In this document: positions 12,501 to 23,383 of the stretch, one piece after another
Numbering within the stretch: the stretch's first letter is position 1
Layout of the letters: every line of letters starts with the position of its first letter
NCBI GenBank assembly: GCA_011109175.1
Contig: RDEW01000031.1
Location: 124,001 to 188,000 of the forward strand
DNA from: Dicyema japonicum
Lineage: Eukaryota > Animalia > Dicyemida
DNA: 64,000 nucleotides
Reading direction: 5' to 3'
Translations under genes and position numbers: made by a program
Notes under the pieces: generated by a model
Told to the model about the DNA's origin: nothing
The model's database searches: none
What the model saw: the letters and a program-made list of their open reading frames with translations, nothing else

Positions 12501-13432
12501 TTATGCCGAAATGATCATGACTAAATTGGATACTGTATCAAATAACGGGATTAAAATTGGAGGCAGGAACATCAACAATTTGCGCTATGCTGACGGTACA
12601 ACCTTACTGGCTGAAACAGAGGATGACCTCAGGGAGTTGATTATAAGATTCAGAGAAGAGAGCGCCGTCTTTGGTTTATTGCTAAATATCAAAAGACCAA
12701 AATTATGACTACTGCTAATAATGGAATAATGGAACTAAAAATTGGGAATGAGAAAATAGAGAGTTGCGATAATTTTGTCTTTCTGGGATGTCTAATTAAT
12801 CGGAATGGTGACGGAGGCTTGGAAATCAAGAGGCGAATTTCCATGGGACGAGACACCTTCCAGAGAATGAATAGAATTTGGAAAAGCAAAGATATTTGCT
12901 TAAGGACCAAATGCAGACTAGTTAATGCAATCGTGTTCCCGGTTTTTCTATACGGCGCAGAATCATGGATATTGAAAAAGGCGGATAGACGAAAAATTGA
13001 TGCTTTTGAGCTGTGGTGCTGGAGGAGGTTACTAAGAATCCCTTGGACTTCCAAAATAACAAACATCGATGTACTCAAACGGGTAGAGACGGACATTTCG
13101 CTAGAAGGAAGAATCTTAAAACACAGATTGGCGTTCTTTAAGCATGTTGTCCGCTCTGATTCACTGGAAAGAGCCATTATGCTGAGCAATATTACTGGAA
13201 AGAGAAGACCTGACCGACCAAGGACTCGGTAGCTATCCACGGTGGAAGACGTCACGGGAATGCCTATATCAAGGCTACTCCAAATTGCAACGGATCGGGG
13301 AGAGTGGAGGAAACTAGTTCATGAGATCTCCAAGGGCAACCTAACTAATTCTCTTATATTTTTTGCTGCACATGCGGGGCTATGAATATTATGGCTCTCG
13401 TGAAAGTGCTAATAATAATAAATAATAATAAT
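9531..13432 (+). mobile_element. 5'-truncated RTE-X-like LINE, interrupted at 10303-13346 by a nested RTE
   Basis: YAND(V)D RT motif and ORF 9658-10362 (LLYNSGTW...RWRFFGHVLR...RGRPRTT). The 3' UTR resumes at 13347 and ends in (TAA)n; TSD aaaagtaattga at 9519-9530 / 13433-13444. Confidence 0.85.
10303..13335 (+). mobile_element. Near-full-length BovB-like RTE retrotransposon (APE + RT), frameshifted, with its 3' tail inverted at the left end
   Basis: ATWNVRGL, QVYAPT, RNQIDY, QTGFRKG, FIDYRKGFDSV, GIRQGC, LRYADG and DAFELWCWRRLLRIPW motifs; TSD gcaacctaact at 10292-10302 / 13336-13346. Confidence 0.92.
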
Positions 13433-13758
13433 AAAAGTAATTGAACAGAATCGGATGATTGATTTCGTAATTGCGCCCATTTTCCTTTCTAAGCGACTAA
13501 AAGACAAGACACCTTTTCTTGTCCTGGTCTGCCTTCGATTTCCTCTCCACATTGGATATATCTTACTTGTCTATGAGCTTTGGTTGTTACTTTTCTATTA
13601 GCTACTGGTTTCCTTCACTTGAAAGGACTGATGTAAATAGATAATAGAAATCAGGAGTCGGAGTCAGTGATAAAAAGGTCGACTCCGATTCCTTTTTGAT
13701 CGCAAATTTTGTTTATTAGTATAAGACAAAATTCAAATATTAATTGTACGATAAGGAC

Positions 13759-13864
13759 CAGGGCTGTGAAGTCGAAATCGAGGGGTTTTTTGTATAGTTG
13801 GAGTCGGAGAAGTAATATTTGAGGAGTCGGATTCGTGCTATATTTTACCGACTCTACAGCCCTG
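13759..13864. mobile_element. hAT-like MITE
   Basis: Terminal inverted repeats cagggctgtgaagtcg / cgactctacagccctg and internal ggagtcgg repeats. The 8-bp flanks match only partly. Confidence 0.6.
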
Positions 13865-14189
13865 ATAAAAAATTATTAAAATTTATGTGACAAATTTTAT
13901 TAGCTTGTAAAAGCATTATTTGAAGCAAGATACTAAAGCGCAGACCTCATGAGATTAACGTTTCAGAACTGCTTCTTCCGAACTTTCTCGTTTATAATGT
14001 GGACAACATCCGTCTCTGGCTGGGAAAAAAGTTTGAGATCTAGACCACCAGGGCTTGACGTGAAAGTAAAGGATCTCTGGGAGCGTACTATCTTTGCCAG
14101 TTTTTACATGTTAACGAAATTAGGTTCAAATATTTAATTTACTTGAATTCTTTTTGTACTCTGATGGATAAGTTTATCTAATAATAATC

Positions 14190-17065
14190 TATAATTTTTT
14201 CGGAAATAAACAATGATGTTAGTAACAAATCATGCTTCAGTTGGCAAGAGACAGTAATTACTGCTGCAGACGTTGTGAAAACCATCGCCATTCAGTCGAA
14301 TAGATTTAAATCTTTTCATCCCTTGTCTGATTAAGTTATTTACAACCCTCTTCACTCAATTGGTCTATGAACAACGATACTTCTGACGACATTTCCATTC
14401 TTGCGTTCAAACATCCTAAAATACTGGTGCTAATAATCGATATTTGTTTATTTTGCTCAAAACATATCACATACATATGGAAAATATCTCAGAAAGTCAA
14501 CTTATGGCGGGAATGTCATGCAGTCTATGATACACATTTTTTGAAGAGCCATCATGTCATTCTAGACTGCCCCTTCCGCAGTCCTGCAAGCCACCCGAAC
14601 AATTTGATAAACTCAGGCGTCTCAATAGAGATCTTCTGGAAAGCGAACCGATCCCCAATGCCGCAGTCTTCCTCCTTTTCAAATCTTCAGCGAACCAAAT
14701 CTATTAAAAGATTAACTTTTCTAATTCTTTATAATCTGAATTTTCATTTTTTCGATAACGCATATAAATAACACGACAGACGGTCAAATTGAAACAACAC
14801 CCTATCTATACATGTAAATACATCGGCACATGCAGACTCCATACTATCATGCGAGTAATCATCTCTTCCTTCTATGCGTATTGGATGGCTGGGTTTTCTC
14901 GATGAAATAAGATTATTTCCATCTTTAACGCTTCAATGCAGTTGCATTTCAGTAATCTATTAATTAATATTTGTCTTCTCTCTTAAGCATTAAGAAATAT
15001 TCTTTTGTGGACTTATTTGGAGCTTATCCATCAAAGTGATCAATATTAACTATTTTACGTGAATAATAAGGCATTAAAAATTAATTCAGAATAAAATTCA
15101 AATTATCTTTAAATTTATTAACATTAACTTTATGTTATTTAACTACTAATAGTATGATATGGTTTGGGCATTAAAAACTTCAATGTAGTTCTTAACAAAT
15201 TGACTGTTTTGGCCATTTGTGGAAGTTCATTGGATTGGGTTTCCACTATTTCATTTTCACGAGAAAATTTAGAAGGAATTGATCCCAATACAGGTTCATC
15301 AGCTTGTTTTATTAACATTTCAGATTTTTCGTGAACTATGCTTTCGTCATTACTCCAATAATTAAAAATATTAAACCTTGACGTACTTTTCTCTGTAGAA
15401 TTTATTGGAGTACACGTTTCATCAAATGAAGGCGATTCTTGAGATTTAAACTGAATCATCTGATTGCTGGTACGAGAAGAAATATTATTAGCAATGTGCC
15501 TTTTACGATATTCTTTCAGTTTCATCGATTCATGTTGAGTATTAGAATCGATCGAAACACTCCCAAAAGCACCGTTGGTAGAATTCTCAGTAAAAGCAAT
15601 TATACTATCACGTGGTAATGAAGTCGAGTATCGAGGACCGGAATCTAATTATGAATCCTTATGTCATACCGATTTCAATGTTTACTGTAGAAACGGGAAT
15701 GGTCTCCACACTCTCTTCAGAAATTTCACTTAACTTTTCCCGGGTTTTATTAGAAACAGGAATATATGTGTATTCATCATAAGTAACAGATTCCCGACAT
15801 CTTCCCAACTGGGATTTAATCTAAAACAAATAAAAATAACGTTTACTTCTTCAAAATCTTTAGCAATTAGCGCTATCTTGTTATCGCTTAAATTATTCTT
15901 GATAGTAATTCAATTATAATACCAATTCACTGTCCAACGAATCATTTCTGGTTGTATCTGTCTTGTTGGTGTCATAAATTTGGACAGGAGGAGTAGGAGC
16001 TTTCTTCTTTTTGGCCTATTTTAAAATCATTAGCTAAGAAAACCGGCAATAAACTTGACAATTTTGAAATGTCTTGTCTAGAAGATAAGTTGACAGAAAA
16101 TGATTTTTCATTAGTGGAGGAATAATTCTTTGAAATGTCAATGGCATTGTTCTGACAAACATTGTTGTCATAGTTCACTATTTTATTGACTTTAGTCTTT
16201 TTGGGTATTAATTTTCTGTACATTTTATTGCATTTTTTCTTGACCTTTGACCCTAAATCGTTAAAATCATACAAATTTTAATAAAATAAATAATTTCTGA
16301 GCAAAAATAAAATACAGAGTTTACGAAAACAAGCATAAATTATAAACAAACACATAAATTTTGCCGTAAAGCGCGAAACTGCGATAAAAGTACTGCCATT
16401 GATTTTCTTTTTAATGACCATCGACTTTTAAAACAATATCATAAAGAAAGTGTACAATGAATGATGACGTGATCGAGACCGTAAACCATAAAAGGATAAT
16501 GCAGTGCAAGCGTAATTCCATTGGGCTTTATTGGATGGATAAGCTCGTATTCTTCAGAAGGTTTTAAATTAAAAATTCCGCATGCTTTAAGAGTCAATTG
16601 TTCAACGGTCATGTCAACGTCAATATTCAGACTTATTGAGACCCCCGTCAATTTGTTAATGACAGATATTTGGGCTTTGCTGGTATTCTAAAACTTTTAA
16701 AAACTGTACTTGATTAGAGTGAAAAGCAAATAACGAATTGTATCCTTCGTTAATAAATATTCGAGGAATCAGTCTTATGTATCGAATATTCAGGTTCTGA
16801 ACTTTATCAGAGCCAGTGCAGATAATTGACTCACTCGGAGGAAATTTTCTGCTGTAGACTTGATAAGCGTAATTAGATGGAATGAGACACATTTCTTGAC
16901 ATACGTTCATAAAAAGTTGTGCTACGTTCATACTATACATAAACATTGAGCTTACTCAGTATAAGTCGAAATTTCCATTAATGTACCATCTGGATAGGCA
17001 GACAAAACGGACGCAATTTCATATGATTGCTCATCGTCAATGCTTGAGCAAGTCATCCGAAAAGA
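14190..17065 (-). CDS. Putative multi-exon gene of unknown product (boundaries uncertain; may be two genes)
   Basis: Successive minus-strand ORFs (16656-16946, 16439-16651, 15972-16274, 15139-15525) separated by short AT-rich GT-AG segments. No domain was recognised with confidence. Confidence 0.45.
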
Positions 17066-18039
17066 TAATTTTAAATATTTAAATAAAAATTTTAAGTATG
17101 ATTTAAATTTTTTTATAAATATCAAAATATTTTGGTTTTATTTTTAAGGTTATATTAATTTTTAGCGTTCAAAAATTTCATAAATTGTCCGAAACTGACA
17201 ACAGAGTCACCGGTATTAATTCCGAGTCTATGACTATTGAAGAACTGCTACTTGAAAAAAGACGAAAATTTTCGGGGGCGACTAACCTGCCAAACATCCT
17301 TTTTTAATACTCCCTACAAAAACCTCTTGAGATAAAAGAAGATAACAAGCCTGCTATGGAAAGCGGTCTAGATGCCAATCTCCTGGATTTCGATTTTTTT
17401 TCTTCTATCATTAATTTTTATAATGTTCGATCGCTTCAATTATTGTTTTCAAAATTATATATCAATATATTGATTTGTATACTTTATAGCAGAGCGATTT
17501 AGATAAATTAATTGTCTGCGGCAGTTGTTAAGCAAATTGGCGCAATTATTTATATTGATGACAACGGTATATAGAGATAATGCCTAAAAAAGGGGGGCTT
17601 TCTGCAGATTATACAAGTGCAATGTATTAATTTATTTTAAAGAAAATCTTTCAAAGTTGATCATTGAGAGTGATTCTGGTGAAGATGAATTTGATTATGG
17701 CGATGATAAGTATTGGCCAAATGCAGGTAAAAAGGTATTTCTAAAATATAATTGAAAGAATAAAATAATTGACGACATTGAATTTGAACCAATCAAAATA
17801 GACATGAATAAAGTAATTAAAAACCTCGAAATACATTGAAAGAAAAAAACATTTCAAGTAACGTTCTAACTAAACACGGAATCGATATGTAATACTAATA
17901 ATTCTCTATTTTGAAATTTTGGTTTATAACTCCAATTTTTTACTTTAGAATAATTTTCTAAAGCTTTTTTATTAAATAATTCAATATACCATAAGTACCA
18001 TATTTTATTGTTTGATTATTGTTTTTCTAATTATTCAAA

Positions 18040-18240
18040 TTCGAAAAAGACTGAGACCCTAAAGATGAAGAATTACAAATGTCTCGGAGGATAGTTCATT
18101 TTGAACCAGTCGCTGTGGAAACGTCAGAAATCATAGGAAGCAAGTCACTAATTATGCTAACAGAGTCGGATCACTCATGAGCTAGCTCATTGAGTGTATT
18201 TACTTGCAGATCGTCAGGGGAAATGCGTTCTCTATTATAA
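18040..18240 (+). mobile_element. CRE-like 3' (RLE) fragment
   Basis: FEPVAVETS motif and IVRGN-like end, as in 22759-23163. Confidence 0.6.
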
Positions 18241-18572
18241 GAAAGCCAGTGATTGTTAACTGTTAATTTTTGCATTAAATAAATGTGTATGTTACTACAA
18301 TAGAAAGGTATAACTATCTGAAAATCGAAATATATATAATTTTAATATTGCAGAAAATATCGGATAAAATGTTAAATATGCTGTAAATCTCTCAAAATGG
18401 ATTATTGGGAGTGATTTTAGAAGATAACTTTGATTATGGAGATGACTATTATGTTATCAATAATCGTTAAGCACAATTAAAAGATAATAATCATTTATAT
18501 TATTCTTGTGTCGTCCTGTCTCAGATCTGTCCGACAATCATTTCCACGTCACTCAGAATATACTATGGGCAA

Positions 18573-18792
18573 TAATAAATTATACTGCACTTTAAGAAGA
18601 GCCATATTAGTATAGCTCCTCACAGACAGGAAACACTTTATTTAAGTAAAGAACAGTTATGATAACTAATCGTAGAGGGAGAACAAAGAATGGCTTACTT
18701 CTTTTTTTTATTGTTATGTGTTAGTCTTTTATAGACAATCCAGTCCACAGTGAAATGTTCACTGATGCCTGCGTCACTTGTCAAGTCAAAGC
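18573..18792 (-). mobile_element. 5'-truncated SINE, family A
   Basis: Reverse complement of the family A core and tail; TSD actatgggcaa (18562-18572 / 18793-18803). Confidence 0.8.
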
Positions 18793-19959
18793 ACTATGGG
18801 CAAATACGATAAAAAAACGTCAAATCATTTTTTTCTAATCAAATTTACGACGTTTCTACAAAAAACATTTATTAAGTTCTTATTGATTTCTGTCAACATA
18901 GTTACCTCTCACGATACTGAATTTTTATATTAATTGGGTTTAGCCATAACCACAAGATTAACATCAAAGACAAGATTAAAAAATTAGTATTAATATGATA
19001 AAATCAAAGTCATTCAACTGCATAATTAATAAATTATTGTTTATGACATTTTATTGCTGGGTTTAGAAGTAGCGCTGTCATCTGTGTCTCATTATTGCGG
19101 AACAGGATTGTTTTCTGGGACTCAAACACAGCAAAAAAAGAATGAAAAGTCAAGATCATTTTCAATGTCTTGCCTTGGATTAATTAGCATGACTGTTATT
19201 AGTTCTTAAATAAAGTGTAAGTGTTAGGTATAAGTAATGAAAACATTACTACTCCTTGCCGGAAGGGCTGTTTTTTTATTGCCAGATTTTTTCTTAAATT
19301 TCAAACACAAAAACCACCAAAGCAAGTTACCCCAGAGTCATTTAGTTTGGAAGTATAAGTAACGATGTATTTCTACTGTGCGTAATGTTTTCATCTCATA
19401 ATAATTAGACCCCATGTCCCCTTTTATCTTAAATGTATGACGAAAGATAGACATGAGATATCCGACATATAAAGTTTCAGTATAAGGATGCGTCATGTAA
19501 CTAATGTTCAGAATTCAAATCCCAACTGACCCAAAATTTATAGAAACCCAAAAAAGTGTCTTTCTTGATGACAAATTCTAGATTTTGATACATATTTTAT
19601 TTTTTTAAATTAACCCTTTTAATTCAAGTTATTGATCTCAGCGGACATAATTGAATTTGCGTTGCCACTAACGATAGCATAGGAGATCAATTGAAGGAGT
19701 TACGAGTTTTACGGACATCATCAGACTAGGTCTTACTGAAAGATTCCAAATATAGAGCATCCGGTAAACCTTCACCAAAGACAGGGGTCTTTTAATAAAA
19801 ATACTAATTAATTATAGCATTGTAGTATAGTTATTATGGGGGCGAACGAAAAAAAGGTTGAGAAACACAGCAAGATGACATCAAATTCAATAGATTTAAT
19901 ATTTCATTTTAATACAACTAAAGAAGATATCATCTTAAATTATTTTTCTAACATAATTA

Positions 19960-20280
19960 TCATTATTAATAACCCCTGATACACCGAGAAAAAAGTTAAC
20001 AGTTAAAATTAATTGTATCCAGTTTCCACTGTCACAGAAACAGCCCTTACAATGACCCACAAGTCCATCCAGTATCTGCATAAAAGGTGGAAGACGTCCA
20101 TTCCTTACAGTTATGGAAACCCCTCCAATGGAGTGGGAGAGAGAAATGATCCTTTTTCGTGCAACCCTGGCACAGGGGCGCCACAGATGGATCACATGAC
20201 GCCACTCTAGTAGGAAAGAGAAGAGGAGGAACAGATAAAACAAACAGAAATATTTAGCCAATTACCAGCATTAACATAGC
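19960..20280 (-). mobile_element. Short non-autonomous Ingi-derived element with HDV-like fold
   Basis: Closely similar to 46343-46654 along its length; the tail ctcggtgtatcaggggttattaat matches the Ingi-like tail. Confidence 0.7.
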
Positions 20281-20407
20281 AATTCGTTTTCCAATGAAAT
20301 TGAAGTTTTTTTTTAACGAGCAGTTAACCAATATGAAAACCTAATAAAATTTCATATTAATTAAATTAATTTAAATATAATTTTTAATTTAAACGAACAA
20401 GAGTAGC

Positions 20408-20667
20408 ATGGCTAATGATGAGTATGATGCTAATTTTGTAAAAACAATTGAATCTGAGCGAGCTAAAGTTGAACTGATGCATAGAGTATGTTTAAATCTA
20501 AAAATTAGATGAATGAAGTAACTTCAAAATGTTGGGATATATGTATCAATAAAATTGATAGACCCTTTAAATCGTCTACCAACAAATGCCTTGAAGATTG
20601 TGCAGCAAGTTTTTTTAATTCGACGTTACATATTGCTCAACGATTTGTTTCAAATAATAAAAATTGA
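20408..20667 (+). CDS. TIMM8: Mitochondrial small Tim chaperone (Tim8-like), 2 exons
   Basis: After removing a 23-nt intron (20486-20508): ...VELMHRMNEVTSKCWDICINK...KCLEDCAASFFNSTLHIAQRF, a twin CX3C motif. Confidence 0.85.
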
Positions 20668-20729
20668 CAAAAAATATTTTTATTTGATATATCTGATAAA
20701 TTTTGAATTAATCACTTTTTTCAATCTCT

Positions 20730-23201
20730 AGTACTATTCTGCGTTACGTATCCTATAAAACAATCAATAGCGTTACGTATCCTATTCAATTCCACACAAT
20801 CCAGTATGGCTCCTGAGAGGCTTCGCTCTCGTGTCAGGAGGAAATTGATGGAGGGCGATCTTACTGCTGCAGTTCGAACTGTTTGTACGGATTCTGACCC
20901 GGTGAAAGCCACTCAGGAGACACTCTGTATATTGGGACAGAAACATCCTCCTGAACCAGAAGACTTTTGTAAACCTGTTCGTCCAGAACAATCTATGCAT
21001 GATATTTCCACTTCAGCCATTTACAACGCTCTTTGTTCTTTCCGAAGAAGTAGCAGTGGAGGAGTTGACGGTCTCAAACCTGGCCATCTGTCAGGACTTG
21101 GTGTCCCATTCTGTCGGTAGGCCTGGATCGCTACTCTTGGAGCGAACCCGGGATCTCGTAGCTCGCATGCTTTCCGGAAACGTTTCCGATTTTGGTCGGA
21201 ATCTCCTCTTTTCGGCGAATCTAACGGGCCTTGGAAAGAAAGATGGTGGTATTCGCCCCATTGCAATTGGAAACGTATTTCGACGTTTATCCGCAAAAAT
21301 GGCTTGTCGTTTTGTTATCTCCCGAATTTCAGCCGAATTTTGTCCTTCGCAGCTTGGTGTCGGAATCAATGGCGGCTGTGAAGCTGGGATCCACGCAGTG
21401 AGAGAATTTGTGTCACAATCAGCTGAATTGAATGTTGAGGACAGAGTTTTATTCAAATTGGACCTCCGGAATGCCTTCAATTCAGTCAGAAGGTACACCG
21501 TCCTTGATACCTGTAGGAGGAGGATTCCTCAGATTTATCCCTTTGTATATCTCGCGTATTCGGATCCATCCCCTCTTGTTTTTGGCAGTGCAATTATTTC
21601 GTCCGGATCCGGAGTTCAACAGGGGGACCCACTCGGTCCTCTTCTATTTTCCTTGTCTATCGACCATATTGCCCAGGACCGTTGCACTCCACTGAACGTC
21701 TGGTATCTGGACGATTGTATTCTCGGTGGAAGTCCCGATGATATTCTCTCCAAAGTTGCGTCGATCAGAAGTTTGTGTGGAAAAATCGGTCTGGAATTTA
21801 ACAATGAAAAGTGCGAAGCAATTAATCTGAATTTGAGTTCCGATTCATTCTACCTTTTTCATAGAAAACTCTGCGAAATCATCCCAGGGGTTAGGGAGAC
21901 TCATATTGATTCTCTCGACTTCCTTGGGTGTGGGATTTTGGTAAACCGGGTGAGGGAGTTATTGGAAGGCAAGAGGACTAATTTACGTCAATATGCCGAC
22001 AGGATGAGTTTTTTGGATTGTCATGTCGCCTTTTTTATGCTGAAGAATTGTCTCCTTCTCCCAAAACTCCTTTTTATTCTACGGGGATCCCCATGCTACG
22101 CCGAAAAAGACCTTCTATCGTTAATTGATATGGATATCCGGTCAACGATGGGGTCCATTCTTAATGTTTGTTTTGATGATTTCGGATGGTTACAGGCCTC
22201 ACTCCCTGTAGCCTGCGGTGGTTTGGGTCTTTCTCTTCCTTCGGACGTTGCTTTGGGCGCCTATTTATCTTCGTTCGGCTCGTCAAGGCGTTTAGTGGAT
22301 ACGGTCCTTCACTCTACTTCCGGACTAAACGTACCGCTGACGCCGTCGGGAGCCTGGGATGAATGGATGAATTTGTACCTAAATGCTCCGGTCAATTGTG
22401 ATAAGCAAAAGTCCTATTTGTTTTGTGTCTTCGAAAAGAAGAAAGAGTCCCTTGAAAAGACGGAAGATATAAGAAGGCTTGCCTGCCTCAAAACAGCCAG
22501 TTGTCACTCGACGGGGGCCTGGATGAACGCTTTTCCATCTGCCGAAATTGGAAACCTGTTGGATGATGAGGCTGTGAGAATAGCTACCTCGCTTCGTCTT
22601 GGTCTTAAATTGTGTGCCGAAAGAAAATGCCGCTGTGGACGTTGGATCGATCCTTTTGGTTATCATCCCTTGTCATGCAAGATGAGTGCGGGTCGTTTCC
22701 CCAGGCACTCCTGTCTTAACATGACATTAAAGAATTCCCTTGCCTCTGCTGGACACCATTGCCTGTTAGAACCTGCTGGTCTTTCCGAAACGATGGAAAA
22801 CGCCCTGATGGGATGACGACTTTTCCATTCGCCAACGGACGAAACCTGATCTGGGACGCGACGTGTGTTGATACTTATTCCCCGTCTAATTTGGTTGCTT
22901 CTGCTTCAGACCCAGGACATGCTTCGAAGCAGGCCGAGGAACGAAAGAGGAGGAAGTACCAGAGAATTTCGGAGGAGTATATATTTGTTCCATTCGCGGT
23001 GGAAACGTCAGGAATCCTTGGCCCCCAAGCAGATGAGTTGGTTCGTAAGATCGGCTCCATGATTCAAGCTGTGACCAAGGATCCGCGAGAGACTGGTTGG
23101 TTCCGAGAACGTATCTCGTTGGCTATTGTTAGGGGAAATAGCATGGCCATTCAGATGCCTTAATTTAATTTTTATTCATTTGATTTGAATTAACACTTCT
23201 T

Positions 23202-23232
<31 letters not shown>
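20730..23232 (+). mobile_element. CRE-clade non-LTR retrotransposon, 5'-truncated, two frameshifts, poly(A) tail
   Basis: RT (KLDLRNAFNSV, GVQQGDPLGP, WYLDD), a CRCG..D..G.H.LSC zinc knuckle, RLE (KRPDG, IWDAT, PFAVETSG) and a 27-A tail at 23206-23232. Confidence 0.95.
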
Positions 23233-23234
<2 letters not shown>

Positions 23235-23383
23235 AATTAGGAGAAAAATAACGATAAATAATGGAGTTAAGTACTATATGTTCGCATTTCTAATAACTAT
23301 TAGTAGTATCCAAAAGCTTTGTCAAGCGATCCCTAATATACAATTTGGGATTGGGGATTAATTCCTTGATCCGACATTAGCGT

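Noticed and set aside
17140-17860. Coding-like segments with intron-like gaps
   Set aside because: No consistent spliced frame or recognisable product could be built.
19695-19735. Hammerhead look-alike on the minus strand (CTGATGATGTCCGTAAAACTCGTAAC)
   Set aside because: Stem II does not pair, GAAA reads GTAA, and no stem I/III or NUH site was found.
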